DNA from: Luminiphilus sp. | Lineage (GTDB): Bacteria > Pseudomonadota > Gammaproteobacteria > Pseudomonadales > Halieaceae | Direction: 5' to 3' | Assembly (NCBI GenBank): GCA_964218505.1 | Contig: CAXPOA010000203.1 | Coordinates: forward strand, 1 to 51,966 | Length of the DNA stretch: 51,966 nucleotides | Shown: piece after piece, positions 9,500 through 22,750 of the stretch | How positions within the stretch are numbered: the first letter of the stretch is position 1 | How the letters are laid out: each line of letters begins with the position of its first letter | Translations under genes and position numbers: made by a program | The notes under the pieces: model-generated | What the model was told of the DNA's origin: nothing | Seen by the model: the letters and a program-made list of their open reading frames with translations, nothing else | Database searches by the model: none

Positions 9500-10666
9500 T
9501 TATAGCCCGTACTGGCGGGAGGCAAGATCACGCATGATTTCCTCAGAGCCCCCACCAATCGCATTGACCCGGACCTCGCGATACAACCGCTCAGATCGGC
9601 AGCCACGCATGTAACCAATTCCGCCCATGATCTGCAGCGCTTCCCTGGCACAAAACTCCATGACCTCACTCGCCTGCACTTTCAAAAGGGCGATGTCTGC
9701 AGGGTCGGGATTACCCTCCTCGATAGATTCATTGCAACACCGGATGTAGGCCTGCGTTGCATTAATCTTCTGCTTCATCATGGCGATCTTGTGGCGAATC
9801 ACCTGGTGATCGGCGAGCCGTTTGCCAAAGGTTTTGCGCTCACGAGCCCAGGCAACAGCTTCCTCCATACACACTCGCGCATAGGCCTCCATGCCCACGG
9901 CCATCGCCATTCGCTCAGCGTTGAAATTGGTCATGATCACCTTAAATCCCTGATTCTCCTCGCCAATCAACTGGTCGACAGGAACTCGCAGGTCATCGAA
10001 ATAGAGCGTCGCGGTATCCGACGCCCACCAGCCCTGCTTCCGCTCAAGGGCGGTGCGGGAAAATCCCGGTGCATCGGTCGGAATCAATAGCATCGATACC
10101 CCTGTCGCACCCTCTCCCCCGGTGCGTACAGCGGTAGAGACCCAATTGGCGCGCATACCACCAGTAATATAGGTCTTCGAGCCGTTTACGATGAAATGAT
10201 CCCCATCACGCACCGCGGTGGTTTGCAGGCTCGCCACATCAGAACCACCACCGGGCTCGGTAATACCAAGGGAGATCCAAGCCTCCCCCCGCAGCACTGG
10301 CGGTGCCACCTGTTCTTTCATGGCCTCGCTACCCCAGTTGATGACGGGAGGAAGTCCGATACCGTGAACCATAAGGCTCGCGTTGACCCCGCCTACCCCA
10401 ACTCGGGACAACTCCTCGGTAGCGATTTGGGTGAGCCAAACGTCTCCAGGGATGCCACCGTACTGCTCGGGATAGCCCAACCCCAACAAACCCACCGCGG
10501 CAGCCTTTGGCCAGAGCTCTATGGGAATTTCGCCGGCCTCATCCCAATCCTCCGCGTAGGGCATGATCTCCGCGTCGACGAAACGCCGCAGCTGTGCCCG
10601 CCATGCCTCATGCTCAGAGGTCATATTCGGGTTGTAGAGGCGAGCGCTATCGAAATCCAGACTCAT
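9500..10666 (-). CDS. Acyl-CoA dehydrogenase
   Basis: Start MSLDFDS at 10666; GITEPGGGSDV, NGSKTYIT, RKTFGK, QIMGGIGY, AIGGGSEEIM. Confidence 0.9.
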   Translation of the reverse strand: MSLDFDSARLYNPNMTSEHEAWRAQLRRFVDAEIMPYAEDWDEAGEIPIELWPKAAAVGLLGLGYPEQYGGIPGDVWLTQIATEELSRVGVGGVNASLMVHGIGLPPVINWGSEAMKEQVAPPVLRGEAWISLGITEPGGGSDVASLQTTAVRDGDHFIVNGSKTYITGGMRANWVSTAVRTGGEGATGVSMLLIPTDAPGFSRTALERKQGWWASDTATLYFDDLRVPVDQLIGEENQGFKVIMTNFNAERMAMAVGMEAYARVCMEEAVAWARERKTFGKRLADHQVIRHKIAMMKQKINATQAYIRCCNESIEEGNPDPADIALLKVQASEVMEFCAREALQIMGGIGYMRGCRSERLYREVRVNAIGGGSEEIMRDLASRQYGL

Positions 10667-10763
10667 CGGGGTCCACCAGTTGAACTTGGAGTAGGTTTGT
10701 ATACTAACCGTTCGACTCGGCGCAACCCAGTGCCCTCTCATGGGCCTGCAGAGCGTACAATAG

Positions 10764-10789
10764 GCATCCATGTTTGCTGGGCGCACGTA
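10764..10789 (+). promoter_or_regulatory. Candidate ECF (RpoE/ChrR-type) promoter for hemH: GCATCC-N16-CGTA
   Basis: GCATCC at 10764-10769, 16-nt spacer, CGTAT from 10786; 34 nt before the hemH ATG. Confidence 0.5.
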
Positions 10790-10823
10790 TGCCCCCGCGA
10801 ATCGACACGTTCAGGGACGATCC

Positions 10824-11912
10824 ATGAGTTATCGAGGGACAACAGATTTTGATCACGGCACGCCCCCGCTGACCGGCGTGCTGTTGACCAACCTGGGAAC
10901 CCCAGATGCTCCCACCAAAGGCGCGCTGCGGCCCTATCTAAAACAGTTCCTGAGCGACCCGCGAGTCGTCGAAGTCCCCAGACTGATTTGGTGGATGATC
11001 TTGCACGGTATTATTTTGAACACCCGCCCAGCGCGTTCCGCTGAGGCATATCGCGAGGTCTGGACCGATCGGGGTTCGCCGCTTCTGTATCACCTGATGG
11101 ACCAGGTCAGCGGGGTGCAAAGCAGGCTTGAAGAATCACTGGGGCCTCACATCATGGTGCGAGGCGCCATGCGCTATGGAAATCCTTCGATCCCCTCTGT
11201 ACTGCAAGATATGTTCTCCGCCGGGATCCAACGGCTGGTGGTTTTGCCCCTTTACCCTCAGTACGCCGCACCCACTACAGGCTCAACCTTCGACGAGGTT
11301 GCAAACGAATTTATCGGCCGCCGCTGGTTACCGGATTTCCGATTTATTGCCCAGTATGGTGACGATGATCACTATATCGCCGCCATTGCCCAGTCGATTC
11401 GTGAGCACTGGCAGGAGCATGGTCAGGCGGACAAGCTGGTCTTCAGCTACCACGGCAGTCCAAAGCGCTATCTCGATAATGGTGATCCCTATCACTGCCA
11501 GTGCCACAAAACCACCAGACTGGTTGCAGAGGTGCTGGAACTCCCTTCTGATCGTTACCTGACCACCTTCCAATCGCGCTTTGGTCGGGAAGAATGGCTG
11601 AAGCCTTACACCGATGAGACTCTCAAGGGTTTGCCAGAGACAGGAGTCAAGTCACTTCAAATAATCTGCCCCGGTTTTTCAGCGGATTGCCTTGAGACCA
11701 TTGAAGAGATCGGCATGGAGAACCGTGACTACTTTCTGGAGGCCGGGGGCGAGCGCTACGAATACATCCCCTGTCTGAATGCCAGCAATGCCCACATCGA
11801 TGTGCTTTCCCATCTAGTCATGCGGGAGCTCCAAGGCTGGGAACAGCCCCGTTACGATAGCAGCGTTACCTTACGGGAAGCGACCACCATGCTGGAGCAG
11901 GAGAATCCTTGA
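10824..11912 (+). CDS. hemH: Ferrochelatase
   Basis: GVLLTNLGTP, FLSDPRVVE, AMRYGNP, LPLYPQY, FSYHG, FQSRFG, FSADCLETIEEI. Confidence 0.96.
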   Translation: MSYRGTTDFDHGTPPLTGVLLTNLGTPDAPTKGALRPYLKQFLSDPRVVEVPRLIWWMILHGIILNTRPARSAEAYREVWTDRGSPLLYHLMDQVSGVQSRLEESLGPHIMVRGAMRYGNPSIPSVLQDMFSAGIQRLVVLPLYPQYAAPTTGSTFDEVANEFIGRRWLPDFRFIAQYGDDDHYIAAIAQSIREHWQEHGQADKLVFSYHGSPKRYLDNGDPYHCQCHKTTRLVAEVLELPSDRYLTTFQSRFGREEWLKPYTDETLKGLPETGVKSLQIICPGFSADCLETIEEIGMENRDYFLEAGGERYEYIPCLNASNAHIDVLSHLVMRELQGWEQPRYDSSVTLREATTMLEQENP

Positions 11913-11936
11913 GCCCCGGGTAGTCGGATTGATCCC

Positions 11937-12778
11937 TCAGTGGACCCCCTCGACCAGACCAATCCCCCAGGCCAGCCCCAAGCCCAGCAAGAAAAGACCC
12001 GTCAATTTACCTCTATCGTGACTGTGAAACTGGATCTCAGGCAAAAGATCGCCAAGAGCGATACAGATAAACGCTCCGGCGGAAAACGCCAGCGCTCCCG
12101 AGAGTAAAAGAGAATCAGCCACCGCGGGATCAACCGCCGACCAGAAAACGGCGGCCGCTACGGGACACAGGGCTGAGAAACTCAGGTTTATCCATCGTCG
12201 AGAGGCCGATGACCTCCCAGCCGCAGCCATCACCGTCTCGATCGAGAGTGAATCAAGAGGTTTGTGAAGCAGAATAGCCAGAAAAACCCCAAGCCCAAGC
12301 ACCCCACCCCCAGTTGGCTCAGCGCGCATAACGGCACCTAGCGCAATGCCATCAACCACGGTGTGCACGCTGAGTCCCAGCAATAAGCCGAGCCAAGTGA
12401 ATGCTCCATTAGGCGACGATGTATGTCCGTGCTCATGGGCGTGATTGTGGGGATGCGCATCTGCGTGTCCATGCTCACAGTCAGCCTCCGCGAGAGCGAA
12501 ATCATGCTGATGAAAATGAAACAATCGAAGTAACACCAGCATGAACACCAGACCCATCACTGCCCAGCGCATCGTAAAATCTACATCAACGGGAGGCGTC
12601 AACGTTGAGTGAGGAATAAGATGGAAAAACGCCACACCGAGCATCAAGCCCGCAACGAGACTCATGATTAATTGGGTGCGGGTGTGGGTGAGCTGAAACC
12701 GCCGGGGCAACCATCCCCCCAGCAAACTGGCAGCAAAAATAGCTGCGAGGTAGACCGTAAACAACAGTGTAGCCGTGT

Positions 12779-12782
<4 letters not shown>
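11937..12782 (-). CDS. ZIP family divalent metal (Zn/Fe) transporter
   Basis: Multiple TM segments; His-rich loop HGHADAHPHNHAHEHGH; HTVVDG and LHKPLD; LGDLLPE. Confidence 0.88.
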
Positions 12783-15096
<2,314 letters not shown>

Positions 15097-15162
15097 CTAT
15101 CGCCTTACCGCGTCTTCCGTGCATGGATTCCCAGCGCCTTTGACAGGGCGCAAGCCACAAAC

Positions 15163-15191
15163 AAAAAAGCCCCGTCGAGTGACGAGGCTTT
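15163..15191 (-). terminator. Rho-independent terminator after rpmA
   Basis: Minus strand gcctcgtc-actc-gacggggc followed by tttttt. Confidence 0.8.
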
Positions 15192-15213
15192 CTGGTAGGG
15201 CTTCCGCTTCCTA

Positions 15214-15471
15214 TCAGGCACTCACCACGCGCACCTGCTTACGGTTTTGCGGGCCACCAGTGTAAAACTCGACTCTACCATCGACAGTCGCGAACAGTGT
15301 GTGGTCCTTTCCGGTACGTACATTATCACCAGCGTGGAAGCGCGTGCCTCGCTGTCGGACAATAATGCTGCCCGCAGACACCTCCTGCCCCCCAAATACT
15401 TTTACGCCGAGCCGTTTACTTTCGGAATCGCGACCGTTTCGGGTACTGCCGCCAGCTTTTTTGTGTGCCAT
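15214..15471 (-). CDS. rpmA: 50S ribosomal protein L27
   Basis: [24 protein letters not shown]. Confidence 0.99.
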   Translation of the reverse strand: MAHKKAGGSTRNGRDSESKRLGVKVFGGQEVSAGSIIVRQRGTRFHAGDNVRTGKDHTLFATVDGRVEFYTGGPQNRKQVRVVSA

Positions 15472-15483
15472 CTCAGTCTCCTC

Positions 15484-15795
15484 TCAGCCCTTGATGCCTG
15501 TAATTTTCACTTCGGTGTACCACTGTCTGTGGCCAGTCTCGTTGCGATAATGCTTGCGACGGTTGAACTTAACGATGCGAATCTTCTCATGGCGACCGTG
15601 TGAAACCACCTCGGCGGTTACCTTGCTGCCATCAACCACTGGCGCGCCAATCTTTACATCGCTGCCGGCGCCTACCATCAGAACGCGATCAAACTCGATT
15701 GTTTCACCGGTAGCTACTTCTAACTTCTCGAGCTTCAGGACCTCGCCTTCCTCGACGCGGTGTTGCTTACCGCCACTTTCAATTACTGCGTACAT
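15484..15795 (-). CDS. rplU: 50S ribosomal protein L21
   Basis: [14 protein letters not shown]...[14 protein letters not shown]. Confidence 0.99.
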   Translation of the reverse strand: MYAVIESGGKQHRVEEGEVLKLEKLEVATGETIEFDRVLMVGAGSDVKIGAPVVDGSKVTAEVVSHGRHEKIRIVKFNRRKHYRNETGHRQWYTEVKITGIKG

Positions 15796-15900
15796 GGGTT
15801 TCTCCACTCAGTTAGCCGGCTCGCATATCAAGATCCGCGTTGCGGAGGCAGAGCATCGGCACCAGTGCCTCAGAGCCTTAGCCAGAGGTCAGGGGCGCGA

Positions 15901-15929
15901 ATAGTAGGCGACTCGCCCCCCCAATTCAA
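15901..15929 (-). promoter_or_regulatory. sigma70 promoter of rplU
   Basis: TTGAAT-N17-TACTAT followed by a GC-rich discriminator tcgcgcccc. Confidence 0.7.
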
Positions 15930-16024
15930 GCCCATTTTTGCCGACTTTGCTTGGTTTTGGGGCGTCTGCGATGACAGAAGTGAGGCCAACCCACTATACT
16001 CCGCGCTGATTTTGGAGACCCCCA

Positions 16025-16990
16025 GTGATTGCAGATATCCGCGCCTGTGTGGCGGACGAGTTTGAACGCGTCAACCAGCTGATCATCGATCAGCTGCAGT
16101 CCAACGTCGATTTGGTTGAAAATATTGGCCACTATATCGTGGACGCTGGTGGCAAGCGGCTCCGGCCCCTACTCGCACTGTTAGCCGCCAAGGCGCTTGA
16201 CGAGGCAGATGACCAGGCCATTACATTTGCTACCGTCGTCGAATTTATCCATACCGCAACTCTGCTTCATGATGATGTGGTCGATATTTCCACCTTGAGA
16301 CGGGGGCGCCCCACCGCCAACGCACACTTCGGGAATGCCTCCAGCGTGTTGGTCGGTGACTTCATTTACACCCGCGCCTTTCAACTGATGGTACAGCTCG
16401 CCAACATGGAGCTGCTCGATCATATGGCCGACACCACAAATGTCATCGCCGAGGGCGAGGTATTGCAATTGGTCAGAGCGGGTAATCCCTCGGTCACCGA
16501 AGCCCAGTATCTGGAAGTCATTGAGCGGAAAACCGCCGCGCTTTTTGGGGCAGCCTGCAAAGGCCCGGCCATCCTGAAAGGCCACCCCGCCGAGATGCAG
16601 CAGGCCCTGGAAAACTATGGTCGCCATCTGGGCATTGCCTTTCAAATGGTTGATGACGTTCTCGATTACACGGGTGATCCAGAGACGACGGGTAAACAGG
16701 TTGGCGACGATCTGAACGAGGGTAAACCCACACTACCCCTCATTCACACCATGACTGCGGGCAGCGATGATGATGCAGCGCTCATCAAATCCGCGCTGAA
16801 AGAAAAAAGCAGTCAACAGCTAGATGAGGTGATTGCGGCGGTGAAGCGATCGGGGGGCATTGATTACACTCAGAGCCAGGCCCAGCTGCATAGACAGCAT
16901 GCACTATCTGCCTTAAACCACCTGCCAGACTCACCCGCGAAGTCGGCTCTGGCCGCGCTTGCGGACTTGGCCGTCGATCGGCAGCGCTGA
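16025..16990 (+). CDS. ispB: Octaprenyl/polyprenyl diphosphate synthase
   Basis: GGKRLRP, LLHDDVVD, RRG, FQMVDDVLD, GDDLNEGK; divergent from rplU as is typical. Confidence 0.93.
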   Translation: MIADIRACVADEFERVNQLIIDQLQSNVDLVENIGHYIVDAGGKRLRPLLALLAAKALDEADDQAITFATVVEFIHTATLLHDDVVDISTLRRGRPTANAHFGNASSVLVGDFIYTRAFQLMVQLANMELLDHMADTTNVIAEGEVLQLVRAGNPSVTEAQYLEVIERKTAALFGAACKGPAILKGHPAEMQQALENYGRHLGIAFQMVDDVLDYTGDPETTGKQVGDDLNEGKPTLPLIHTMTAGSDDDAALIKSALKEKSSQQLDEVIAAVKRSGGIDYTQSQAQLHRQHALSALNHLPDSPAKSALAALADLAVDRQR

Positions 16991-17021
16991 AAGACAAATG
17001 CTAGATCGGTCTCAGGCAAGC

Positions 17022-18377
17022 CTACAACTGATCAATAAATCCCAGGAGCTCCTCGGTTTTCTGGCGCATTAACGCCTCATCGCCACGACTCTCCACATTG
17101 AGCCTGACCACTGGCTCGGTGTTGGACATCCGCAGATTGAAGCGCCAGTCGTCCATTTCAATGCTCAAGCCATCCAGGTACTCAACCCGATTAGCACCCG
17201 ACCCATAGTGTTCTTCCGCGCGGGTGATCAAGGTTTTGGGGTCATCAATTTCTCGATTGATCTCCCCTGAACAAGGAAATGCGGCAGCCCGCTCTGACAC
17301 CAACTCCGCAAGACCTTTATCTCGAGTGCTTAGCAATCCCGCCACCAAAAGCCAGGGGATCATGCCACTATCGCAGTAGGCAAAATCCCTGAAGTAGTGG
17401 TGAGCGCTCATTTCGCCGCCGTAGATCGCGTCAACCTCGCGCATTCGCTCCTTGATGAACGCATGGCCTGTTTTGCTCTGTACTGCCTCACCGCCTGCCG
17501 CCTCGGCGATCGATCGGGTATTCCAGGTTAAACGGGGATCATGAACTATCCGTTGCGACCCGTGTTTCGCGAGAAACGCATCGGCAAGCAAGCCCACGAT
17601 GTAATAACCCTCAACAAAATCTCCTGAGGCAGTGAAGAAAAAACACCGATCAAAATCTCCGTCCCAGGCAATGCCCAGATCCGCCTTTTCGGCCCTGACG
17701 ACTGCGGCTGTGGCCTCGCGATTCTCGAGCAGTAGCGGATTTGGCACCCCGTGTGGAAACTCTCCATCGGGCTCATGATGGACTTTGGTGAAGCGAATGG
17801 GGAGCTTGCTCTCAAGCGCATCTATCACGCGACCCGCACCGCCATTACCCGCATTGCAAACGATATGAAGCGGCTTGAGTGACCCGACATCAACGTAACT
17901 GAGCAGATGGTCCACGTAAGCATCAAGGGTCGAGACAGTCTGCAAGCCACCGGACTTTGCTGCTGGAACAAAGTCATTAGCCTCCGCCAAGGCCTGTATC
18001 TCGGCTAGGCCCGACTCTCCTGAAATCGGCCGGGACTCCTCCCGCACGAACTTCATCCCGTTGTAGTCTTTTGGATTGTGACTGGCGGTCACGACGATGC
18101 CGCCGCCAGTCTTAAGATGAGTGGTCGCGAAATAAATTTCCTCGGTGCCACAAAGTCCGATATCCAAAACATCAACACCCTGCTCACGAAGCCCTTCAAT
18201 CAGCGCTGCCTTCAGGGAGGGACTGGTCAACCGAATATCGTGTCCAACCACGACGCTGCCAGGTTTTATAACGGCGGCATAAGCACGCCCAATACGTCTC
18301 GCGATATCGTCATTGAGCTGGTCTGGTACCCGGCCACGGACGTCATAAGCTTTAAAACAGGTAATGGCGTTGCTCAT
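17022..18377 (-). CDS. manB: Phosphomannomutase (CpsG/ManB type)
   Basis: [33 protein letters not shown]. Confidence 0.93.
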   Translation of the reverse strand: MSNAITCFKAYDVRGRVPDQLNDDIARRIGRAYAAVIKPGSVVVGHDIRLTSPSLKAALIEGLREQGVDVLDIGLCGTEEIYFATTHLKTGGGIVVTASHNPKDYNGMKFVREESRPISGESGLAEIQALAEANDFVPAAKSGGLQTVSTLDAYVDHLLSYVDVGSLKPLHIVCNAGNGGAGRVIDALESKLPIRFTKVHHEPDGEFPHGVPNPLLLENREATAAVVRAEKADLGIAWDGDFDRCFFFTASGDFVEGYYIVGLLADAFLAKHGSQRIVHDPRLTWNTRSIAEAAGGEAVQSKTGHAFIKERMREVDAIYGGEMSAHHYFRDFAYCDSGMIPWLLVAGLLSTRDKGLAELVSERAAAFPCSGEINREIDDPKTLITRAEEHYGSGANRVEYLDGLSIEMDDWRFNLRMSNTEPVVRLNVESRGDEALMRQKTEELLGFIDQL

Positions 18378-18379
18378 GG

Positions 18380-19210
18380 TCAGTCTCTGCCATAGACGTG
18401 TTGGTATACATGGTTGGTGGCCTCGACGAAGCCAGGAATGCTGCCACAGTCAAACCGCTGGCCCTTGAATCGGTAAGCCATAACGCAACCCGCACGGGCC
18501 TGAGACTGCAAAGCATCGGTAATCTGCACTTCACCGTTAGCACCCGGGGGGGTTTCTCGCAGGATGTCAAAAATATCCGGCGTCAAAATATAGCGCCCTA
18601 TAATGGCAAGATTGGATGGCGCGTCCACTGCGTCAGGTTTTTCAACCATGCGATCCACCCGATAAAGACCGTCTTTCATTGCCTCTCCAGCAATCACCCC
18701 GTACTTGTGTATCTCTGACTCGGGGACCTCCTGCACGGCAACAATCGAGCAGCGAAACTGGCGATAGAGCTCTGCCATTTGGGCAAGCACTCCCGGGCCT
18801 TCTTCGTTAAGACACAGGTCATCGGACAAAACGACTCCGAAGGCTTCGGGACCGATCAGGGACTCGCCCGTCAAAATCGCATGGCCCAAGCCCAACATCT
18901 CGCGCTGGCGAACCATAGTGAAAGTCCCCCGATCGATGACATCGCGAATACTGGTCAAGAGTGACTCTTTGTTGCTGCCCGCGATCTGATGCTCCAGCTC
19001 GTAGCTGATATCAAAATGATCAGCAATCGCGCGCTTGCCTCGGCCTGTAACGAAGGCGCAATTGGTCATCCCGGCTTCCATCGCCTCTTCCACCCCATAT
19101 TGCACCAGTGGCTTGTTGACCACAGGCAGCATCTCCTTGGGCATACTTTTGGTTGCTGGTAAAAATCGGGTGCCGTAGCCGGCAACCGGGAACAGACATT
19201 TTCGAATCAT
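18380..19210 (-). CDS. galU: UTP--glucose-1-phosphate uridylyltransferase
   Basis: [35 protein letters not shown]. Confidence 0.97.
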   Translation of the reverse strand: MIRKCLFPVAGYGTRFLPATKSMPKEMLPVVNKPLVQYGVEEAMEAGMTNCAFVTGRGKRAIADHFDISYELEHQIAGSNKESLLTSIRDVIDRGTFTMVRQREMLGLGHAILTGESLIGPEAFGVVLSDDLCLNEEGPGVLAQMAELYRQFRCSIVAVQEVPESEIHKYGVIAGEAMKDGLYRVDRMVEKPDAVDAPSNLAIIGRYILTPDIFDILRETPPGANGEVQITDALQSQARAGCVMAYRFKGQRFDCGSIPGFVEATNHVYQHVYGRD

Positions 19211-19270
19211 TGGTTTCCTCTTTTCTGGCGGGACTCGCGGGGGCAGCGCCCTACGGCGGTATCACGAGCC

Positions 19271-20680
19271 CTACTGCTGTCGCCCATAGACATCCTCAAA
19301 CCGCACGATGTCATCCTCACCCAGATAGGACCCCGACTGAACCTCGATCAGCTCAAGTGGGATCTGGCCGGGATTAACAAGTCTATGTACGGTGCCGAGG
19401 GGAATATAGGTCGACTGGTCTTCGGACAACGTGAACACCTCGTCTCCCCGCGTCACTTCTGCTGTTCCCCGAACGACAATCCAGTGCTCGGCACGATGAA
19501 AGTGCTTTTGTAGGGACAATTTTTGACCCGGCTGCACGATGATGCGCTTGACCTGAAAACCGTCAGACTCCACTAGGGATTCGTACGAGCCCCAAGGGCG
19601 ATAGACCCGCTGATGAAGCGTGGCCTCGCTCCGGTTGGTGGCCTTGAGTGCCTCAACGATGTCTTTGACACCCTGCACCTGATCGCGGTTGGCCACCAAA
19701 ACGGCATCTGGCGTCTCAACCACCACGATATTCTCAACCCCTGTGGTGGCAACCAGCCGGCTCTCGCTTCTGATATAGCTATCGCTTGTTTCATGAGCCA
19801 ACACATCGCCAACCAACACATTACCACGACCGTCCGCGCTTCCCACATCCCAGAGGGCGGACCAGGCACCAATGTCGCTCCATCCGCAGTCCAGCGGCAC
19901 GACGGCTCCCTGCTGGGTGTGTTCCATTACGGCATAATCGATACTGTCACTGGGACAAGCCTCAAAGGCCTTCCGATCGGGTCGCATAAAATCCATGTCC
20001 GCTGCACTCGCAGCCATTGCGGCCTGACAGGCGTCGTAAATCGCCTCACTGGAGGCTTTTAAGGCCTCCAAATACCGATCTGCCCGGAACATAAACATAC
20101 CGCTGTTCCAGACAAAATCACCGGAAGCAACATAGCGCTCAGCGGTCGCCTCGTCAGGTTTCTCAACAAATTCGGCGAGTTGAAGGGCGCCGGATGTCAG
20201 CTTTTCACCACAGCGAATATACCCATACCCGGTTTCCGCGCGCGACGGCACGACACCAAAGGTGACCAGGTACCCTTCCTCTGCCGCCCGCTCTGCTGGC
20301 CCGATGGCCTCGGTAAACGCAGCGACATCCTCGATATGATGGTCTGCAGGCAACACTAACAGCACGCTATCCTTGTGCTTCTCAAGGGCGCTGAATGCGG
20401 CCAGCGCAATAGCTGGGGCCGTGTTGCGACCCTCCGGCTCAAGAATAATGGCCTGAGGGGCTGCCCCGACTTCACGTAGTTGCTCAGCCACCAAAAACCG
20501 GTGCTCTTCATTGCACACCACGATAGGCTGTCCAACCGCTACGGGTGCCACCCGATCGCAAGTCGACTGCAGCATCGACAGAGAGCCACTCATCGGCAAA
20601 AACTGTTTTGGTCTGCCCTGTCGAGATACGGGCCAGAGGCGGCTGCCAACGCCACCAGACAATAAAACGGGGACAAGCAT
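19271..20680 (-). CDS. manC: Mannose-1-phosphate guanylyltransferase / mannose-6-phosphate isomerase
   Basis: LSGGVGSRLWPVSR..PKQF, EPEGRNTAPA, FVEKP, WSDIG; C-terminal cupin RPWG..HRAEHW. Confidence 0.95.
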   Translation of the reverse strand: MLVPVLLSGGVGSRLWPVSRQGRPKQFLPMSGSLSMLQSTCDRVAPVAVGQPIVVCNEEHRFLVAEQLREVGAAPQAIILEPEGRNTAPAIALAAFSALEKHKDSVLLVLPADHHIEDVAAFTEAIGPAERAAEEGYLVTFGVVPSRAETGYGYIRCGEKLTSGALQLAEFVEKPDEATAERYVASGDFVWNSGMFMFRADRYLEALKASSEAIYDACQAAMAASAADMDFMRPDRKAFEACPSDSIDYAVMEHTQQGAVVPLDCGWSDIGAWSALWDVGSADGRGNVLVGDVLAHETSDSYIRSESRLVATTGVENIVVVETPDAVLVANRDQVQGVKDIVEALKATNRSEATLHQRVYRPWGSYESLVESDGFQVKRIIVQPGQKLSLQKHFHRAEHWIVVRGTAEVTRGDEVFTLSEDQSTYIPLGTVHRLVNPGQIPLELIEVQSGSYLGEDDIVRFEDVYGRQQ

Positions 20681-20854
20681 TCCGCTCGCTTCCTGACTGA
20701 TCTTAAGGGTGGCGTAGTGTACCCCAGCCCCCTACCACATTGGCACTCAGAATCTCGTTTATTTGCGGGCTGCAGCCTAGAGCGAGGGGTTTTGATGAGG
20801 TCTAGTGACACGGCACAGATCTGGGAGTTCCCCTCTATGGGAACGCACCAAGGC

Positions 20855-20883
20855 TTGGACAGACGGGCCTTACGCAGTACACT
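20855..20883 (+). promoter_or_regulatory. Candidate sigma70 promoter of fabAB
   Basis: TTGGAC-N17-TACACT followed by GC-rich tcgcgcc. Confidence 0.5.
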
Positions 20884-20979
20884 TCGCGCCTGAGCTCGCG
20901 TGCTAAACCTGCATCCGCGCGCCGGGCAGGCTTCACCACTCCAGCTTTACGCAACTACTGACCCCGTCAATGGACTCAT

Positions 20980-21510
20980 ATGACCGCGCCGACACATGTT
21001 CAACAGCCTAGCTACTCTAAGGAGGAACTGATTGCCTGCGGCCTGGGCCAGCTGTTCGGACCGGGAAATGCCCAGCTGCCCACCGAAAATATGCTGATGG
21101 TAGATCGAATCAGCCATATCAGCTCAGAGGGGGGCGAGTTTGGCAAGGGCGAGATCGTCGCAGAGCTAGATATTCACCCTGACCTGTGGTTTTTCGCCTG
21201 TCACTTCCCGGGGGATCCGGTTATGCCCGGGTGCCTGGGGCTTGATGCCATGTGGCAGCTTGTCGGCTTTTTTCTAGGGTGGCGTGGCAATCCCGGTCGC
21301 GGTCGCGCGCTGGGTTGTGGAGACGTCAAGTTCACCGGCCAGATTCTGCCCAGCGCAAAAAAAGTTGAATACCGAATTTCCATGAAGCGAGTCATCGAGC
21401 GCAAGTTGATAATGGGCATCGCCAACGGCTCTGTATCCGTGGATGGCGAGGTGATCTACACCGCTCAGGATCTTCGGGTCGGACTGTTTGGCTCCACGGA
21501 GACTTTTTGA
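20980..21510 (+). CDS. fabA: 3-hydroxyacyl-ACP dehydratase/isomerase
   Basis: [34 protein letters not shown]. Confidence 0.98.
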   Translation: MTAPTHVQQPSYSKEELIACGLGQLFGPGNAQLPTENMLMVDRISHISSEGGEFGKGEIVAELDIHPDLWFFACHFPGDPVMPGCLGLDAMWQLVGFFLGWRGNPGRGRALGCGDVKFTGQILPSAKKVEYRISMKRVIERKLIMGIANGSVSVDGEVIYTAQDLRVGLFGSTETF

Positions 21511-22736
21511 TGGCCCGGCGGGTTGTTGTCACGGGGATGGGCATCGTCTCCTGTCTGGGAAACGACGCCGATACCGTTGCAGCTGCGCTGAAAGCCGGCC
21601 AGTCGGGCATCAGCTTTTGTGAGGCTCATGCTGAAGCCGGGATGCGCTCCCACGTAGCGGGCCAACCGGATATCAACCTCGCCGAGCATATCGACCGCAA
21701 ACAATGGCGCTTCATGGGTGATGCTGCCGGCTACGCCTATTTGAGCATGCAACAGGCGATTGCTGATGCGAGGCTCACCGAAGAACAGGTATCCAACCCT
21801 CGCACCGGCATAGTGGCGGGTTCGGGCGGTGCCTCCTCTGCGAGTCAGGTAGATGCCGCAGACACCCTGCGTGAACGGGGTTTGCGTCGAGTGGGGCCCT
21901 ACCGCGTAACTCAAACCATGGGAAGCACCGTGTCTGCTTGCCTCGCGACTCCTTTCAAAATAAAGGGGGTTAACTACTCGATTTCATCAGCCTGCTCTAC
22001 CAGCGCCCACTGCATTGGTAACGGCGCCGAACTTATCCAGCTCGGCAAGCAGGATGTGGTTTTCGCGGGGGGTGGCGAAGAGTTGCACTGGAGCATGAGT
22101 AGCTTGTTTGATGCCATGGGCGCACTGTCCACCAAGTATAACGAGCAACCGACGCTGGCCTCTCGCGCCTATGACGCGGATCGCGACGGATTCGTTATCG
22201 CTGGAGGTGGCGGTATGCTGGTGCTCGAGTCACTGGAGCACGCCCAGGCGCGAGGGGCGAAAATCTACGCTGAAATCGTTGGCTATGGAGCGACCAGTGA
22301 CGGTCACGACATGGTGGCCCCATCCGGGGAAGGCGCGGTTCGCTGCATGCAACAGGCCATGGCCACCATCGACGGTCAAATTGACTACATCAACGCTCAT
22401 GGCACGAGCACGCCCGCAGGGGACATACAGGAGTTGAAAGCCGTTCGTGAAGTCTTTGGTGAAGGTGACGACACACCATGGGTTGGCTCTACAAAGTCCC
22501 TCAGTGGCCATTCTCTCGGAGCCGCTGGGGTGCAGGAAGCCATCTATAGCCTGCTGATGATGCGCGATGATTTCATCGCTGCTTCAGCCAATATCGACAA
22601 CCTCGACCCGGGTGCCGACGGTATTCGGATCGTGCAGAGTCTGATTGAAAACCCGGGGCTAAATCAGGTGATGTCCAACAGCTTTGGTTTTGGTGGCACC
22701 AACGCCACACTCATCTTCAGGCGGTTTAACGGCTGA
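21510..22736 (+). CDS. fabB: Beta-ketoacyl-ACP synthase I
   Basis: [38 protein letters not shown]; coupled to fabA. Confidence 0.97.
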   Translation: MARRVVVTGMGIVSCLGNDADTVAAALKAGQSGISFCEAHAEAGMRSHVAGQPDINLAEHIDRKQWRFMGDAAGYAYLSMQQAIADARLTEEQVSNPRTGIVAGSGGASSASQVDAADTLRERGLRRVGPYRVTQTMGSTVSACLATPFKIKGVNYSISSACSTSAHCIGNGAELIQLGKQDVVFAGGGEELHWSMSSLFDAMGALSTKYNEQPTLASRAYDADRDGFVIAGGGGMLVLESLEHAQARGAKIYAEIVGYGATSDGHDMVAPSGEGAVRCMQQAMATIDGQIDYINAHGTSTPAGDIQELKAVREVFGEGDDTPWVGSTKSLSGHSLGAAGVQEAIYSLLMMRDDFIAASANIDNLDPGADGIRIVQSLIENPGLNQVMSNSFGFGGTNATLIFRRFNG

Positions 22737-22750
22737 GGCTCATCCAGCTC

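Noticed and set aside
20700-20760. ops/JUMPstart element before manC-galU-manB
   Set aside because: The closest match TGTGGTAG differs from GGCGGTAG, and there is no long polysaccharide operon.
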